From an uncultured Phycisphaerales bacterium (GTDB taxonomy: Bacteria > Planctomycetota > Phycisphaerae > Tepidisphaerales > Tepidisphaeraceae): a stretch of 64,000 nt of DNA. Within the stretch, counting starts at the first letter, position 1. Each line of letters opens with the position of its first letter. This document shows positions 44,913 to 55,611 of the stretch, one piece after another. The notes beneath the pieces are model-generated. The model made no database searches. It worked only from the letters and a program-made list of their open reading frames with translations, and was not told where the DNA came from. Where the stretch lies: positions 2,464,001 to 2,528,000 of the forward strand of contig CAVWLP010000002.1 in the NCBI GenBank assembly GCA_963755915.1, read 5' to 3'. A program made the translations under genes and the position numbers.

Positions 44913-47301
44913 TCAGGCCGTTGCCGTGGTTCCTGTCGGCGGGGCACCGGCCGGTTGCGCCGGGATAATCGTGGTGGGCTCTTCCGCGCTGGGGTAGACG
45001 ATTCTTCCGTGATAGATGCTCAGCAGCGTTTTGTTGATCGCCTGCTCGATGAGGTGCAACTCGCGAAGGGTGAGATCGCATTCCTCGAATTGTCCGTCTT
45101 CCAGGCGCATCTTGGCAAGCTCGCGGACCTTGTTCTCAATCCGGCTGGCGTTGGGTTCGGCCAGCGAACGGCAGGCGCTTTCGACGATGTCGCACATCAT
45201 GACGATGGCGGCTTCCTTGCTGCGCGGCTTGGGGCCGGGGTAGCGGAATTCGACGTCGCTGATCGGGGCGGGAGCGTCGGGCTGCTGGTCGCCCTGGCGG
45301 ACGGCTTTGCTGTAAAAATATTCGACCAAGGTGGTGCCGTGATGTTGTTCGATGATGGGGAGGATGCTGGTGGGGAGGTTGTATTCCTTGGCAAGCTCGA
45401 CGCCGTCTTTTACGTGGGACTGGATGATGCGAAGGGAGAGGGTTGGGCTGAGGTTGAGGTGACGGTTTTCGCCGCCCATCTGGTTCTCGACGAAATAGTC
45501 GGGTTTGTGGATTTTGCCGACGTCGTGGTAGTAGCTGGCGACGCGGCAGAGGAGCGAGTTGGCCTTGATCGATTCGGCGGCGGCTTCGGCCAGGGTGGCG
45601 ACGCTGAGGCTGTGGGCGTAGGTGCCGGGGGCTTCGAGGGCGAGCCGGCGCAGAAGCGGCTGGCTGACATCGGCCAGCTCGAGCAGGGTCATGCCGGTGG
45701 TGATGCGGAACGCTTTTTCGATGAAGGGGAGAATTCCCAGGACGACGAAGCCCGCGGAGAAACCGGCAAGGGCGACGTAGAGACAGTTGACGGCGATAAA
45801 CTGCGGTGGCTCCATCTGCACCGCGCCGACGGCGGCGGCAGCAACAACCATGGCCAGCGCGGAGAAGCCACCGACTTCGATCAGCTTGATGCGGGTGCGG
45901 ATGTCATCGAGCAGATAGCAGGCCGTCAGCACGCCGACCCAGAGAATCAGGAATGAGCCGAGGCCCTGGTTCAGCGCGGAGGTGACGATAATCGTGTGAA
46001 TGGTGGCGATCCCCATCGCGAAGCGCTGGTCGTAGGCGATGGTGAGGATCATGGCGGCGATGATGGTGGGTGCGATGGCGAAGATCAGCAGCGATTTTTC
46101 ACCGATGCCGGCAAGCTGGGTGAGCAGAAGCATGGCGAGGAGAAGCCCGGCCATGGCCAGTGCCCTGGCGTGATTGCGCACGCAGCGGCGCTGATATCTG
46201 GCGACGTAGGCCGCAAGGATGAAGGTGATGATGCCGGCGACGAGGAAAAGGCCGAGGCGGTTTTGCCAAGTGTGGATGAAATCGCTGGAGAGCCACTGCT
46301 CGTAGGCGGTGTTCTCGCGCGGAGGAGCATGAAATCGCGTTCGCTGAGGGTGGTTCCGCCGGTCACCACGACGGCGTCGCGCACATAGGATTCAACGGCA
46401 TCGAGGGGGGAGATAGTGCTTTCAGCCTGGTTCTGTTCTTCGTGGGTGGACTGATCGTCGTAGAGATAGTTGGGCGTGGAGGCGAGTTCGGCGAGAGTGA
46501 TGCGGGAGATTTTCGGACCCAGCTCCAGGCCGAAGACGCGAGCGGCTTCGTCGAGGCGCGGGCCGAAGGAATCGGGGAGATCGGCGCCGAAGACGTCGCC
46601 GATGTCGATGAACCGCGCGGGCTCGCCCGCGGTGGTCTGCGGGTTTTGCGGATCGGGAAGGGGGGAAGCAATTTGATCTGACGGGGCTCGCCGGGATATC
46701 GGGCGGCGAGGCGGGTTTCCTCGTCGCGGGCGTCCTGGGGAACGATTACCAGCGGCTCATCGTCATCGAGAAGGTGCTTTCGGGAATAGGCGATGAACTG
46801 GCGGACATTGGATTCATATTGCTCGCGATCGAGGCCGACACGTTCTTGTTCCAGCTCCGTGATCGCGCCGCTGTCGAGGAGATCGCGCAGGGGCGGATCG
46901 AGCTCCTGCTGCGATCGCCCGTGAATGGTCTCGGGAAGGGCGAGGAGGAAATCCTGGATCTTGTCCCAGGGGTCGCCCTCGACGCGGCGATAGTCGCGGA
47001 AGACGCTGTCGCGCTTGTATTGGATGAGCTGGTCGTTTCGAGCCTGGTCGAAGAATCTGAAATCGACGCGGGCGACGATGTCGTGGGGGACGTATTCGCC
47101 GGGACGATAGGGGACGACCTGCTTGCGAAGCAGGAACATTGCGGTGATGGCGACGCAGAAGATGCCGGCGATGGCAAGGGAGGGAACGATGTCGTGGCGG
47201 GGGATTTCGGCGCCGGCGCTGCGGGCGGCATATCCCTGGCGCCCTTCGCGGGCCGCCCAGCGGCGGGGACTGCTTCGAGATCGATTGCCAAATCCGAACA
47301 T
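44913..47301 (-). CDS. 7TM-HD (HDIG) phosphohydrolase, PgpH-like (frameshifts 46200-46700)
   Basis: TM bundle, 'APGTYAHS', 'YYHDVGK', 'HHGTT', 'FRYPGPKP'; phoH-HD-ybeY synteny. Confidence 0.9.
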
Positions 47302-47302
47302 C

Positions 47303-48277
47303 TTACTGCGGATCCTTACTGGCTCTCGGCTTCGATTCCGGCTCTTCCCCGTTGTGCTCGTAGGCTTCGACGATGTTCTGCACCAGTCGATGACGCACGA
47401 TGTCGGCGCGGTGGAGTTCGATCATGGCGATTCCAGGAATCCCAGCAAGTTTTCCCATCGCATCAATCAGGCCGCTGGGAACATTGTCGGGTAGGTCGAT
47501 CTGAGTGACGTCGCCGGTGACGATCATCTTGGATTCATTTCCGAGCCTGGTGAGGAACATCAACATCTGGGCGGCGGTGGTGTTCTGGGCTTCATCGAGA
47601 ATGATAACGCAATCATTGAGGGTTCTGCCACGCATGAAAGCAAGGGGAATCACTTCAATCACGTCATTGACCATAAACCGCTTGACTTGCTCGACATCCA
47701 TCATGTCATGCAGTGCGTCGAAAAGCGGGCGGAGATAAGGGTTTACCTTCGCCTGGAGGTCGCCGGGCAAAAATCCGAGCCTTTCGCCGGCCTCGACGGC
47801 GGGGCGTGCAAGAATTATGCGCTTGGCATGGGCATGTTTGAGCATGCTGGCCGCCGCGGCGACCGCGAGGTAAGTCTTGCCGGTGCCGGCCGGGCCGGTG
47901 CAGAACGTCAGGTCGTGATGGAGGATCGCTTCGACGTAGTTGCGCTGGCCGGGTGTGCGCGGCTTAATGGCTCGCCCGCGGGCGTAGACGTCGATCTCAT
48001 CGGCACTGCGCTGATGAAAGTCATCCGCGGCCCGGCCGATGGCCTGGCTGACGTCTTCGATGCTGAGCCAGTCCTGCCGGCGCAGGGCCCGCTGGAGCTG
48101 CTCGAGCACGGCAGCGGCCTTGCTGACCTGCTCGCGCTCGCCGGAGAGGCGGATTTCATCGCCGCGGCCGGTGATCTGGACCTCAAACGTGTCGCGGATC
48201 ATGCGCAGATAGCGATCTGCCGACCCAAAGAGGGCCAGCTTCTTGTCCGGGTTTTCAAGGGCGATGTTTAACTGCAC
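47303..48277 (-). CDS. phoH: PhoH-family ATPase
   Basis: GPAGTGKTYLA, RPAVEAGE.LGFLPGD, MRGRT, DEAQN, GDVTQIDL; probable GTG start at 48277. Confidence 0.95.
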   Translation of the reverse strand: MQLNIALENPDKKLALFGSADRYLRMIRDTFEVQITGRGDEIRLSGEREQVSKAAAVLEQLQRALRRQDWLSIEDVSQAIGRAADDFHQRSADEIDVYARGRAIKPRTPGQRNYVEAILHHDLTFCTGPAGTGKTYLAVAAAASMLKHAHAKRIILARPAVEAGERLGFLPGDLQAKVNPYLRPLFDALHDMMDVEQVKRFMVNDVIEVIPLAFMRGRTLNDCVIILDEAQNTTAAQMLMFLTRLGNESKMIVTGDVTQIDLPDNVPSGLIDAMGKLAGIPGIAMIELHRADIVRHRLVQNIVEAYEHNGEEPESKPRASKDPQ

Positions 48278-48387
48278 GGGGTTTCGATGCGGAAAAGAAC
48301 TATACGCCCGCCAATCCAAAAAGATCGACGGGCCGGGAACGAGCGGGATTCTCTCAGGATCGAAATAAAAAGCGAGGGAGGGGAGAT

Positions 48388-48495
48388 TCACCGCGGAGCA
48401 CGCAGAGAGCGCTGAGGAAAAGCAGGAGGGAAGGCGATTTTTGATATAACTCTTTGTATTTCCTGACTCTGCGCTCTCTGCGATCTCGGCGGTGA
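48388..48495. repeat. CGCAGAG-family palindrome
   Basis: tcaccgcggagcacgcagagagcgctgag ... ctctgcgctctctgcgatctcggcggtga. Confidence 0.75.
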
Positions 48496-48544
48496 GAAAT
48501 TTCCCCGGCTTTTCTTAAGTCCTTTATTTTTCAACAGCTAGCGA

Positions 48545-49465
48545 TCAGAAGAGGCTGAAGAGGAGGTAAGCTGCGGGGGCGGCGAGGAGGGGGCTGTCGA
48601 TAACGTCGAGGAGGCCGCCGAAGCCGGGGATGATGTTGCCGCTGTCTTTGACCTGGGCGTCGCGCTTCATCAGGCTTTCCAGCAGATCGCCCGCCTGGCC
48701 GACGCCGCCGATGACGATGCCGAAGAGGAGGGCCTTGGGCCAGGTAATGGTCGAGAGGGCGATGGGCCAGATGAGGCAGCAGCCAAGGCCCACAAGGGCG
48801 GCCGTCGCCAGGCCGCAGAAAAGGCCCTCCCACGTTTTGCCGGGGCTGAGCCAGGGAATGAGCTTGTGGCGGCCGAGGTATCTCCCGCCGAAATAAGCGC
48901 CGATGTCGGTCGATTTTACGACCAGAAGGATCATCACGACGGCTTGGGTGGAGCCCTGGAACCCGTGGATGGGATCGGAGGAATGCTTGACGCGGATGGC
49001 AATGATGAACCAGGAGAGCCCGCCGAGGTAAAGCATGGCCAAGACGGTGCCGGCCATGTGGGTGATGGCTTCTTCGGTGTGTCGTCCGCTGGCGCGGCGG
49101 ATGGCGGAGAGGATCATCGTAAACACGATGATGAACGCCAGCGTGGAAGTCGCGATGTGCTGAAACCAGGGGAACTGGGTGAGGAAGGCGTGGATGGCGA
49201 GAAGGCCGGAGCCGAGGCCGGCGAGGAAGCGGTAGGGCTTGATGTTCTCGGCGACGAAGAGGCGGCCGACTTCCGCCGTCGCGAGGGGGACGAGGAAGAT
49301 GAGCAGAAGGAGAAGGCCGACGCCGGCGAGGCCGTATTGGTGGTTGGGGGTTTTGATCCATCCTTGGGTGTTCTGCTCGATCCAGTAGTCGAGATAGAGC
49401 AGGCCGAGGAGGGCGGCCATCATCAGGGTGCCGTAAGTGAGTCTCTGGCGGAGGGATTGCTGCAT
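48545..49465 (-). CDS. cdsA: Phosphatidate cytidylyltransferase
   Basis: 'DIGAYF.G...G.HKL...LSPGKTWEG' and 'GDL.ES.MKR....KDSG..IPG.GG.LD..DS'. Confidence 0.95.
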   Translation of the reverse strand: MQQSLRQRLTYGTLMMAALLGLLYLDYWIEQNTQGWIKTPNHQYGLAGVGLLLLLIFLVPLATAEVGRLFVAENIKPYRFLAGLGSGLLAIHAFLTQFPWFQHIATSTLAFIIVFTMILSAIRRASGRHTEEAITHMAGTVLAMLYLGGLSWFIIAIRVKHSSDPIHGFQGSTQAVVMILLVVKSTDIGAYFGGRYLGRHKLIPWLSPGKTWEGLFCGLATAALVGLGCCLIWPIALSTITWPKALLFGIVIGGVGQAGDLLESLMKRDAQVKDSGNIIPGFGGLLDVIDSPLLAAPAAYLLFSLF

Positions 49466-49595
49466 GGGCAGAGGTATCGGGGGGAATGATGCGGATTTTG
49501 GGGGGTTTGGCAACGTCGCGGGAATGGGGATTCTTAAGGATGGATCGCAGGGCAGGCGCATGTTCGCGTTTCTGTCAATCTCTCGGTACGCCGGG

Positions 49596-49830
49596 CTGAC
49601 GGCCGGACACTTTTCTTGGGTTCGGAGACTAAGCGGCCGGCTTTTTGAAGACAAAGGCAAATGCAAATGCAATGCGGTGGAGGCGGGAGACAACCCATAA
49701 GGCCCCAAGGTTTTTCTCCCGCCTCCCCCGCACCCCCTCCACCCTCTTTCCCTTCCCCTAAACGTCCAGCCCTGAAGGCAAAATGCGGAGGCGTTTCGCC
49801 AGTGATCTGCGCACCTGATCCACGTGTGCA
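49596..49830 (+). mobile_element. Solo end of the IS50-like MITE family (matches the 58517 end)
   Basis: Starts CTGACGGCCGGACACTTTT, aligns over ~230 bp with the reverse complement of the MITE right half, and is flanked by the half-REP gtacgccggg. Confidence 0.75.
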
Positions 49831-49955
49831 CCGAGCGACAGCGTTGTCCGACGTTTCCCAACGGATGAAATAACCGCAAGAAGCGAGTAAAATTGAGAGC
49901 TCTCCTCATTCATCGATCGGCTTCGAAATCTCGGCGATTTTCCAGGGAGGCAAGC

Positions 49956-51062
49956 ATGTCCATTCACTCGGCGCTGCGATCTGCGAGTTGCGTTTGCGTT
50001 TTGGCCGGGATGGGGCTGATTAATTCCGCCTCACTGCGGGCAGATGCGCGGGAGGATACGCCGCCACCTCCTTCCGGGCTGGTGGCGCTGCGGAATGTGC
50101 AAAGTTCGCCGGTGATGGATCAGGAATTTCTGCCGCAGGCGCTTACCAATCCAAATATCAGCGGGGTGGCGTATCAGATTGGGTGGGACCAAATCGAGCC
50201 GGCCGAGGGGCAGTTTGACTGGTCGAAGCTGGATGCGCTCTTCGCGGCCGCTGAACAGTCGAAGAAATGGGTGCATCTGCTGATCTTTCCGGGGTTTCAT
50301 TCGCCGGCATGGGCGCTGGAGGGGATCAAAACGGAATCGTTTGCGGTTCAATATGGTCCGGGGCACGGGGATGTTGAGTCGCTGCCGATGCCGTGGGATA
50401 AGGTTTATCTCGGGCGGTGGTTTGAATTTCTCCAGAAGGTGGGGGATCGGTTTGGGAAGTCGCCGGCGTTTACGATGATTGCCGCGGATGGGCCGACATC
50501 GGTTTCGGCTGAGATGACGCTGCCGGAGTCGCCGGCGGATTTGACGATATGGCGAAATGACGGATATACGGCGAAAAAGTATATCGCGGCTTACCGGGCG
50601 GTTTTTGAAAAATACGCTGAAATTTTTCCCAATCAGTTCGTTTCGCTGTCCCTTGGCGATGCGCTGAGGATCAATGATTTGGGAAGGATCGAATTTGGTG
50701 CGGCGAGACGCACCCGGCAGATGATCATCGATGAGGGCGTGGCCGTTTTTGGACGCCGATTCGTGCTTCAAAACAGCGACCTGCATGCCGGGCCGGATCA
50801 GCATCCGGCGACGGGGTTTGTGATCGGATATAGCGGGAAAATCATCACCGGCCTGGAAGAGCGCTGCTCGGCTGAAAAAGGGAGCGCGGCGATGGGAGCG
50901 GATGGGGATCCTCCACTGGCTTTGCGGAAATCGATCGATCTGGGCATGACGCCCAACGATTCGGGGCAGCATGTGAATTATCTTGAGATTTATGAGCCGG
51001 ATGTGATCGCGGAGGAGATGCAGCCGGTGCTAAGGTATGGGGCAGGGCTGTTTGGAAGGTAG
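49956..51062 (+). CDS. Secreted glycoside-hydrolase-like (TIM barrel, beta-galactosidase-like) protein
   Basis: Signal peptide, 'W..IEP.EGQFDWS.LD', 'P.W', 'P.PWD..Y', 'YLEIY'; SD ggagg. Confidence 0.7.
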   Translation: MSIHSALRSASCVCVLAGMGLINSASLRADAREDTPPPPSGLVALRNVQSSPVMDQEFLPQALTNPNISGVAYQIGWDQIEPAEGQFDWSKLDALFAAAEQSKKWVHLLIFPGFHSPAWALEGIKTESFAVQYGPGHGDVESLPMPWDKVYLGRWFEFLQKVGDRFGKSPAFTMIAADGPTSVSAEMTLPESPADLTIWRNDGYTAKKYIAAYRAVFEKYAEIFPNQFVSLSLGDALRINDLGRIEFGAARRTRQMIIDEGVAVFGRRFVLQNSDLHAGPDQHPATGFVIGYSGKIITGLEERCSAEKGSAAMGADGDPPLALRKSIDLGMTPNDSGQHVNYLEIYEPDVIAEEMQPVLRYGAGLFGR

Positions 51063-51123
51063 GGCGATAGTTCCGCCCGACACTTATTAAATACCGCCGA
51101 AAATCCGCTCTTCCCGCCATTTT

Positions 51124-51163
51124 CCCCCTCCCTTGGTACTCCGGGGGAGGGTTGGGGTGGGGG
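51124..51163. repeat. CCCGGAGTAC-type REP (intact copy of the MITE target)
   Basis: Reverse complement cccccaccccaaccctcccccggagtaccaagggagggg closely matches the rejoined MITE flanks. Confidence 0.8.
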
Positions 51164-51441
51164 TCTTCGGAATTTTTCCCCGTCCGAAAAGGGATTGCCC
51201 TGGCGAGACGGAGAATCCAGCGATCGTGGACATGCTGGCGCGATTCGAAACTCAAAGGCGTTTCGGTTTTGCCGACTCCGACGAAGTCCGCGACAGACCG
51301 TGTCAAGATGCGTTCTTTGGTGGACTGACGAAACCCGGGCTCCTGAAAAGTTATTTAGCGTATTGTAATCTGAAATCCAGCGCTGATATTCAGGCTCGTA
51401 GCTGTAAGGGACGTTATTATCGCTTTTGATCCGTGTCGAGA

Positions 51442-52121
51442 CTACGGCAAAGGGTGGTTGCTGAGGAAATTACTTAGGTCACGAAGTAGCCGTTTTACGT
51501 CCTCCTTCTTCAGGCTCGCCTCGTTGTGGGCGGCCGCATTTCCGACCCCGGCCAAACTAGTGACGAGGTGCATCTCGAGCTTATTTATATTGCCCGCCCT
51601 ATATAGTTCTCCGGTGAAATCGGCTAGCGTAGAACGACGACCACTTGGACAGGCTGCGCGCAGCCAGAGCGCTCACACCATTTTCTGAGATGCTCTTCCA
51701 ATACCGCTCGGCCTAAGACCCCGGCCGCGACGAAATAGTTGTTCTCAAGAAGATAGTTGGACTGCGCCAGCAGGTCAGCGAACGCGTCAGCAATAATAAG
51801 GTTCTCGACGTCGACGAGGAGATCCTTTTCTACCGCGGCCCGGATGCCCTCTAGCGTCCCGAGACGGCATTGGGCCTCCACCAAGCTATTTTCATTGCTG
51901 TCGAAATTGCCGGCCCAAATTTGCCCCTTTTTTCCTAGCATCCTTAAAAGATTTCGGCTGCAGGCAAGCCATCGCGAATGGCGCTGGAGATCGACGTACG
52001 TGGTCGGATTCATAATCTGCAGGTGAGGTCCGCCATGGTTCGTGAATTGAGTCGCAAGCAGCGCTTCGCCCTCAGCAATCAAAGAATCGAGCTCCGCAAT
52101 TAACCGCGACTTGGTTGGCAT
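51442..52121 (-). CDS. DUF4145/HEPN-like protein (frameshift ~51650)
   Basis: 'AAGVLGRAVLEEHLR' and C-terminal 'GNAAAH'; lower GC than the host genes. Confidence 0.65.
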
Positions 52122-52220
52122 GCTGGGATTTTCCACCCACGGTGGCCACAGAGCAAGTTCACGCTCGGCCGGCTTGATTTGGCGCTGGATATTGATTATT
52201 CGTCGACGGCCGTGTCAAAA

Positions 52221-52784
52221 ATGGAGTTTACAATCGAGTTAGTCAGGGCTACCGCATGGCCAGTGACCATTCTCATAGCGATAGCGGCATTTAGGACGCA
52301 ATTGTCGCGGCTTCTCGATCGTGTCAGTTCGCTTGAATACAAGGGTACAAAGGTCAAGTTCGCGAGGCGACTGTTGAAAAAGGCTGTTCGCATCGCGGAC
52401 TCCATATCGGCGCACCCGGCCGGGGAATTAAGGGCCGGCCTAAAGGAAAAGCGACCCCCGTTGGCTAAGGCCTTGAGTCCACTAATCGAGGAGTTTCCGG
52501 CTGCGGCAATAACTCAAGCGTGGGTCTCGATCGAAACTGCGTCGCTCCAGGCGCTGGGCAGGAAGGACATCGTTGTCGGCTTTCCGAAATCCGCCGGACG
52601 TATTGCCCAGGCGCTGCTGTCGGCCGAAATACTGTCGGCCAAGGAGTTCCAGCTATACAACTATCTTCGAGAAGTTAGGAATCTCGCTGCGCACTCAGGA
52701 AACGTCTTGGTGTCGCCAAAAATGGCTCGCGAGTATTTGGAATCCGCCGATAAACTAATAGATGTCATTGGGCAAAAGGTGTGA
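52221..52784 (+). CDS. N-terminal TM + HEPN-like protein
   Basis: 'AWPVTILI...FR..L..LL' TM, 'P.AAI..AW..IE', RNLAAH (Rx4H). Confidence 0.65.
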   Translation: MEFTIELVRATAWPVTILIAIAAFRTQLSRLLDRVSSLEYKGTKVKFARRLLKKAVRIADSISAHPAGELRAGLKEKRPPLAKALSPLIEEFPAAAITQAWVSIETASLQALGRKDIVVGFPKSAGRIAQALLSAEILSAKEFQLYNYLREVRNLAAHSGNVLVSPKMAREYLESADKLIDVIGQKV

Positions 52785-52821
52785 GATTCGAGATGGGGGG
52801 TACATTCACGCTCTAATTTAT

Positions 52822-53735
52822 TTAGGCGCTAATCCCTGCACTCTGCATCGCCCCTTGGAGTCGCAATAGAACAAATTGAGTGAACGTCAGCGCGAGATGC
52901 CGCATCAGCCTTGCCTGCTCTTTGGCGGCAATGTATGGATGCCCTCCGGTATTGCTTAATAGTCCATAGACCTCGGCTAAGGCGTTTTTTTCTTTTTTTC
53001 CAGTAGCTTTTCTTGTTCCAAATAATCCCGCACTTCCACGGGGCGCTGCAGCACTTTCTGCTGCAAAGGGTTGGACTGTACCTTTGTGCTAAAAACCTGC
53101 GCAGATTGCGAAAGGACGGACTCAAGTACCTTCCGCGCATTAGCAATGCAGTCGTCCCACCTGCCTTCGGTATAGTGCATAGAAGACTGTTCGAGGTGGT
53201 GCATTATGACTGCCTTATCGGGTAGCTTAAGTTCGCCTATCAGCTGTTGTAAAACCCCTTCTTCCTCCTGTTCGTCCACAACTGACGCCTCAGAGTAGAG
53301 CAAGCGGCCATTTTTGTACGCGTACCCGTCTAGCTCCAAATCGCTTATTAGCTTCAATCGCGGGGCCCGATCATGGGACTCGCCTCCACCGTAACCCTTT
53401 ATTGGCTCAAGCGTAAGTATGTCAGCGGCGAGATCCTGAAGGAGGCGGTTACCCAGGCTTCGTCTTCGATCCCAACTCCAATCTTTGGTGGCTGAGACAA
53501 TTGTCTCCCCCGTATGAAGCTTCATTATGAATTCCTTGATTGGGCGGTCGTCATTTCCCCGCACGGTCTGTTTTACGATATTCATTAGGTATGCTTCATA
53601 CTCGTGTTCATAAAGGAAGTCGTAGAGTTTTTCCGTGTCGCAGGAATACCACATACCTTGACCCAAGTAATGACGCCCCAGAAAATGGCAGGCAAATAAT
53701 TTGCCAAGCGAATAAGCGGTCCGTCGCGAAATCAT
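52822..53735 (-). CDS. Abortive-infection (Abi_C-like) protein (homopolymer frameshift ~52990)
   Basis: 'A..HHL......Y....W..CI.NARKVLE' and 'YGLLSNTGGHPY'; lower GC. Confidence 0.55.
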
Positions 53736-54018
53736 TTTGGCACTCCGATTCGGTACACCCGAATTTACCCGACTATTGGGCGATTTTATACGTGTGCGCT
53801 AGCCGGGACAACCTGGGTTTAATCGTCGCGAGCTGGGCAATACAAACCGAAATCGCTTCGAATTCCATCGAATCAGTCGCGGGAACAGCTTTAGAAGTTG
53901 TCTCGGAGCAACACCGCAGTCACCCGCTCCAAGTCCCGCTGCGGTGGGCATAGACCGATGGGCTCGTTGGTGCGTGACGGAAAAAGGCGAAGAGCCAAAC
54001 CTGCCTAGAAACCCACGC

Positions 54019-54744
54019 TCACCGCCCCCAACCCCGCCGCCATTTCATCGCGTAAATTCCCGCCAATCCTATCAGCATCATCAAGCTCGACACGGCGGCG
54101 GAGGGCAGCGGCACGACGGAGCCGGCACCCGCGACCGGATTCTGATTGAATTCAATCACATACCCCAGCGGCAGCGAAAAGCCGGCGGTTCCATTCTGTG
54201 GCGTATCGCCCCAGGTCGAGCCGATGCTGGCGAAATCGTAATAGGTGATTGCCTGGGCGGGGATCTCGCCGGGATATCCGTCCGGCTGATTCGGGCCCCA
54301 GGGTGCGAAGGAAAAGGGTGCGCCATTCACCCAGACCCAGGTGGCGTCTGAGCCGTCCAGGTCATTTGAAGACGAGGCTCCTAGCCACGGGCCCAGGAAA
54401 TCTGAATTGACGCTCAGCGGCGTCCAATAGGCGGAATTGTTGATGAGCGAAAAGACAAAGGCGTTCTGAGAAGCATCGGTTGGACAGGCCAGATATCCGC
54501 CCGCGGCGACGGCCGCCGACTCGGCGTTGCCCCAGGTGATGCCGTCCGGCGTGAGCACCGGCTCGTACCACTGGCCATCGGCGGAGTCGAAACTGATCTG
54601 GCCGGCGTGGGCGGTGCTGAACTGGCCCAGGGCCAGGGTGCAGGCGATGAACCCAAACGCGGCTATGCCGCGATAGAGCAGCGTTTTCCTGGTTAGCGAA
54701 GAAGCACTCACTCCAAGACCGAGCGCGCGCGTTGCAGATTTCAT
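54019..54744 (-). CDS. C-type-lectin-like protein with VPLP (PEP-CTERM variant) sorting signal
   Basis: 'TW..AE..A...GGYLA', 'PWLG', 'W.WV.G.PFSFAPW...QPD', 'WGD', C-terminal VPLPSA + TM + KWRR. Confidence 0.8.
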   Translation of the reverse strand: MKSATRALGLGVSASSLTRKTLLYRGIAAFGFIACTLALGQFSTAHAGQISFDSADGQWYEPVLTPDGITWGNAESAAVAAGGYLACPTDASQNAFVFSLINNSAYWTPLSVNSDFLGPWLGASSSNDLDGSDATWVWVNGAPFSFAPWGPNQPDGYPGEIPAQAITYYDFASIGSTWGDTPQNGTAGFSLPLGYVIEFNQNPVAGAGSVVPLPSAAVSSLMMLIGLAGIYAMKWRRGWGR

Positions 54745-54942
54745 ACGGCCTCCCTTTGACATGCACAAATCAGCTAACCCGTTAACATATCATTGCTCGC
54801 GCGGAAAATGCAAAAAAAAACCCCTGGCGCGTCCGCCGCGAACGGGACCGACAATAAAACCGAACAAAACCAGAACGGAGGCGGGTTTCTCGCACAGGCC
54901 ATGCGCTGGAACAGACTGGGATCGCACAGAAAATTCAAAAGA

Positions 54943-55017
54943 GGTTCGCGCAGAGGCGCGGAGAGAGGCAGGATTGAAACTGGTTCTCTCAACGCCTCAG
55001 CGCTTCTGCGCGAAACG
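54943..55017. repeat. CGCAGAG-family palindrome (empty intron target TCTG|CGCGAAAC)
   Basis: gttcgcgcagaggcgcggag ... cctcagcgcttctgcgcgaaac. Confidence 0.75.
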
Positions 55018-55611
55018 AGCATTTTGGAGCCGGGCATTTTAGAAGCGGGACGGGAGCGGGTTTGTCGGATTGGCTGTTGAACCAGGGCACGTGGCTTGAA
55101 AGAATGTCGAAGACCCCCACCCCGGCCCTCCCCCGGAGTACCTGACGGCCCGACACTTTTCTAACGCGCTGGCCAAGGGGCGCTCGTCTAAAGACGAAAT
55201 GCAAATGCAATGCGGGAGGGGCGAGGGGGAACCGATATAGGGCCCCAAAAGTTTCCCCCTCGCCCCTCCCGCACCCTCCCCACTCCCCTTCCTTTTCCCC
55301 TCAACGCTCCCCCTAAAATGCGTGCACGACAGCATCCATGCAATCGCGTGCCCCAACGCCATCGCGGACCAGGTGCGCGAACCATTAGCGAAACGCCTCC
55401 GCATTTTGTCTTTCGGCTTGGACGGTTAGGGGAAGCCGGAAAGTGGTGGTGGGGGTGCGGGGGAGGCGGCGAAAACCGCTTGGGGCCTTATGGGTGTCAT
55501 GGGGCGCGCAAAACCGGCCAATTGAGGGCGCACCAAAACCGGCCATTTTGAGGCACAGGAGATTGGGTTATCGACCTTGGCTTTCGGCGGTTGCCGCAAG
55601 CCAATGGTGGG

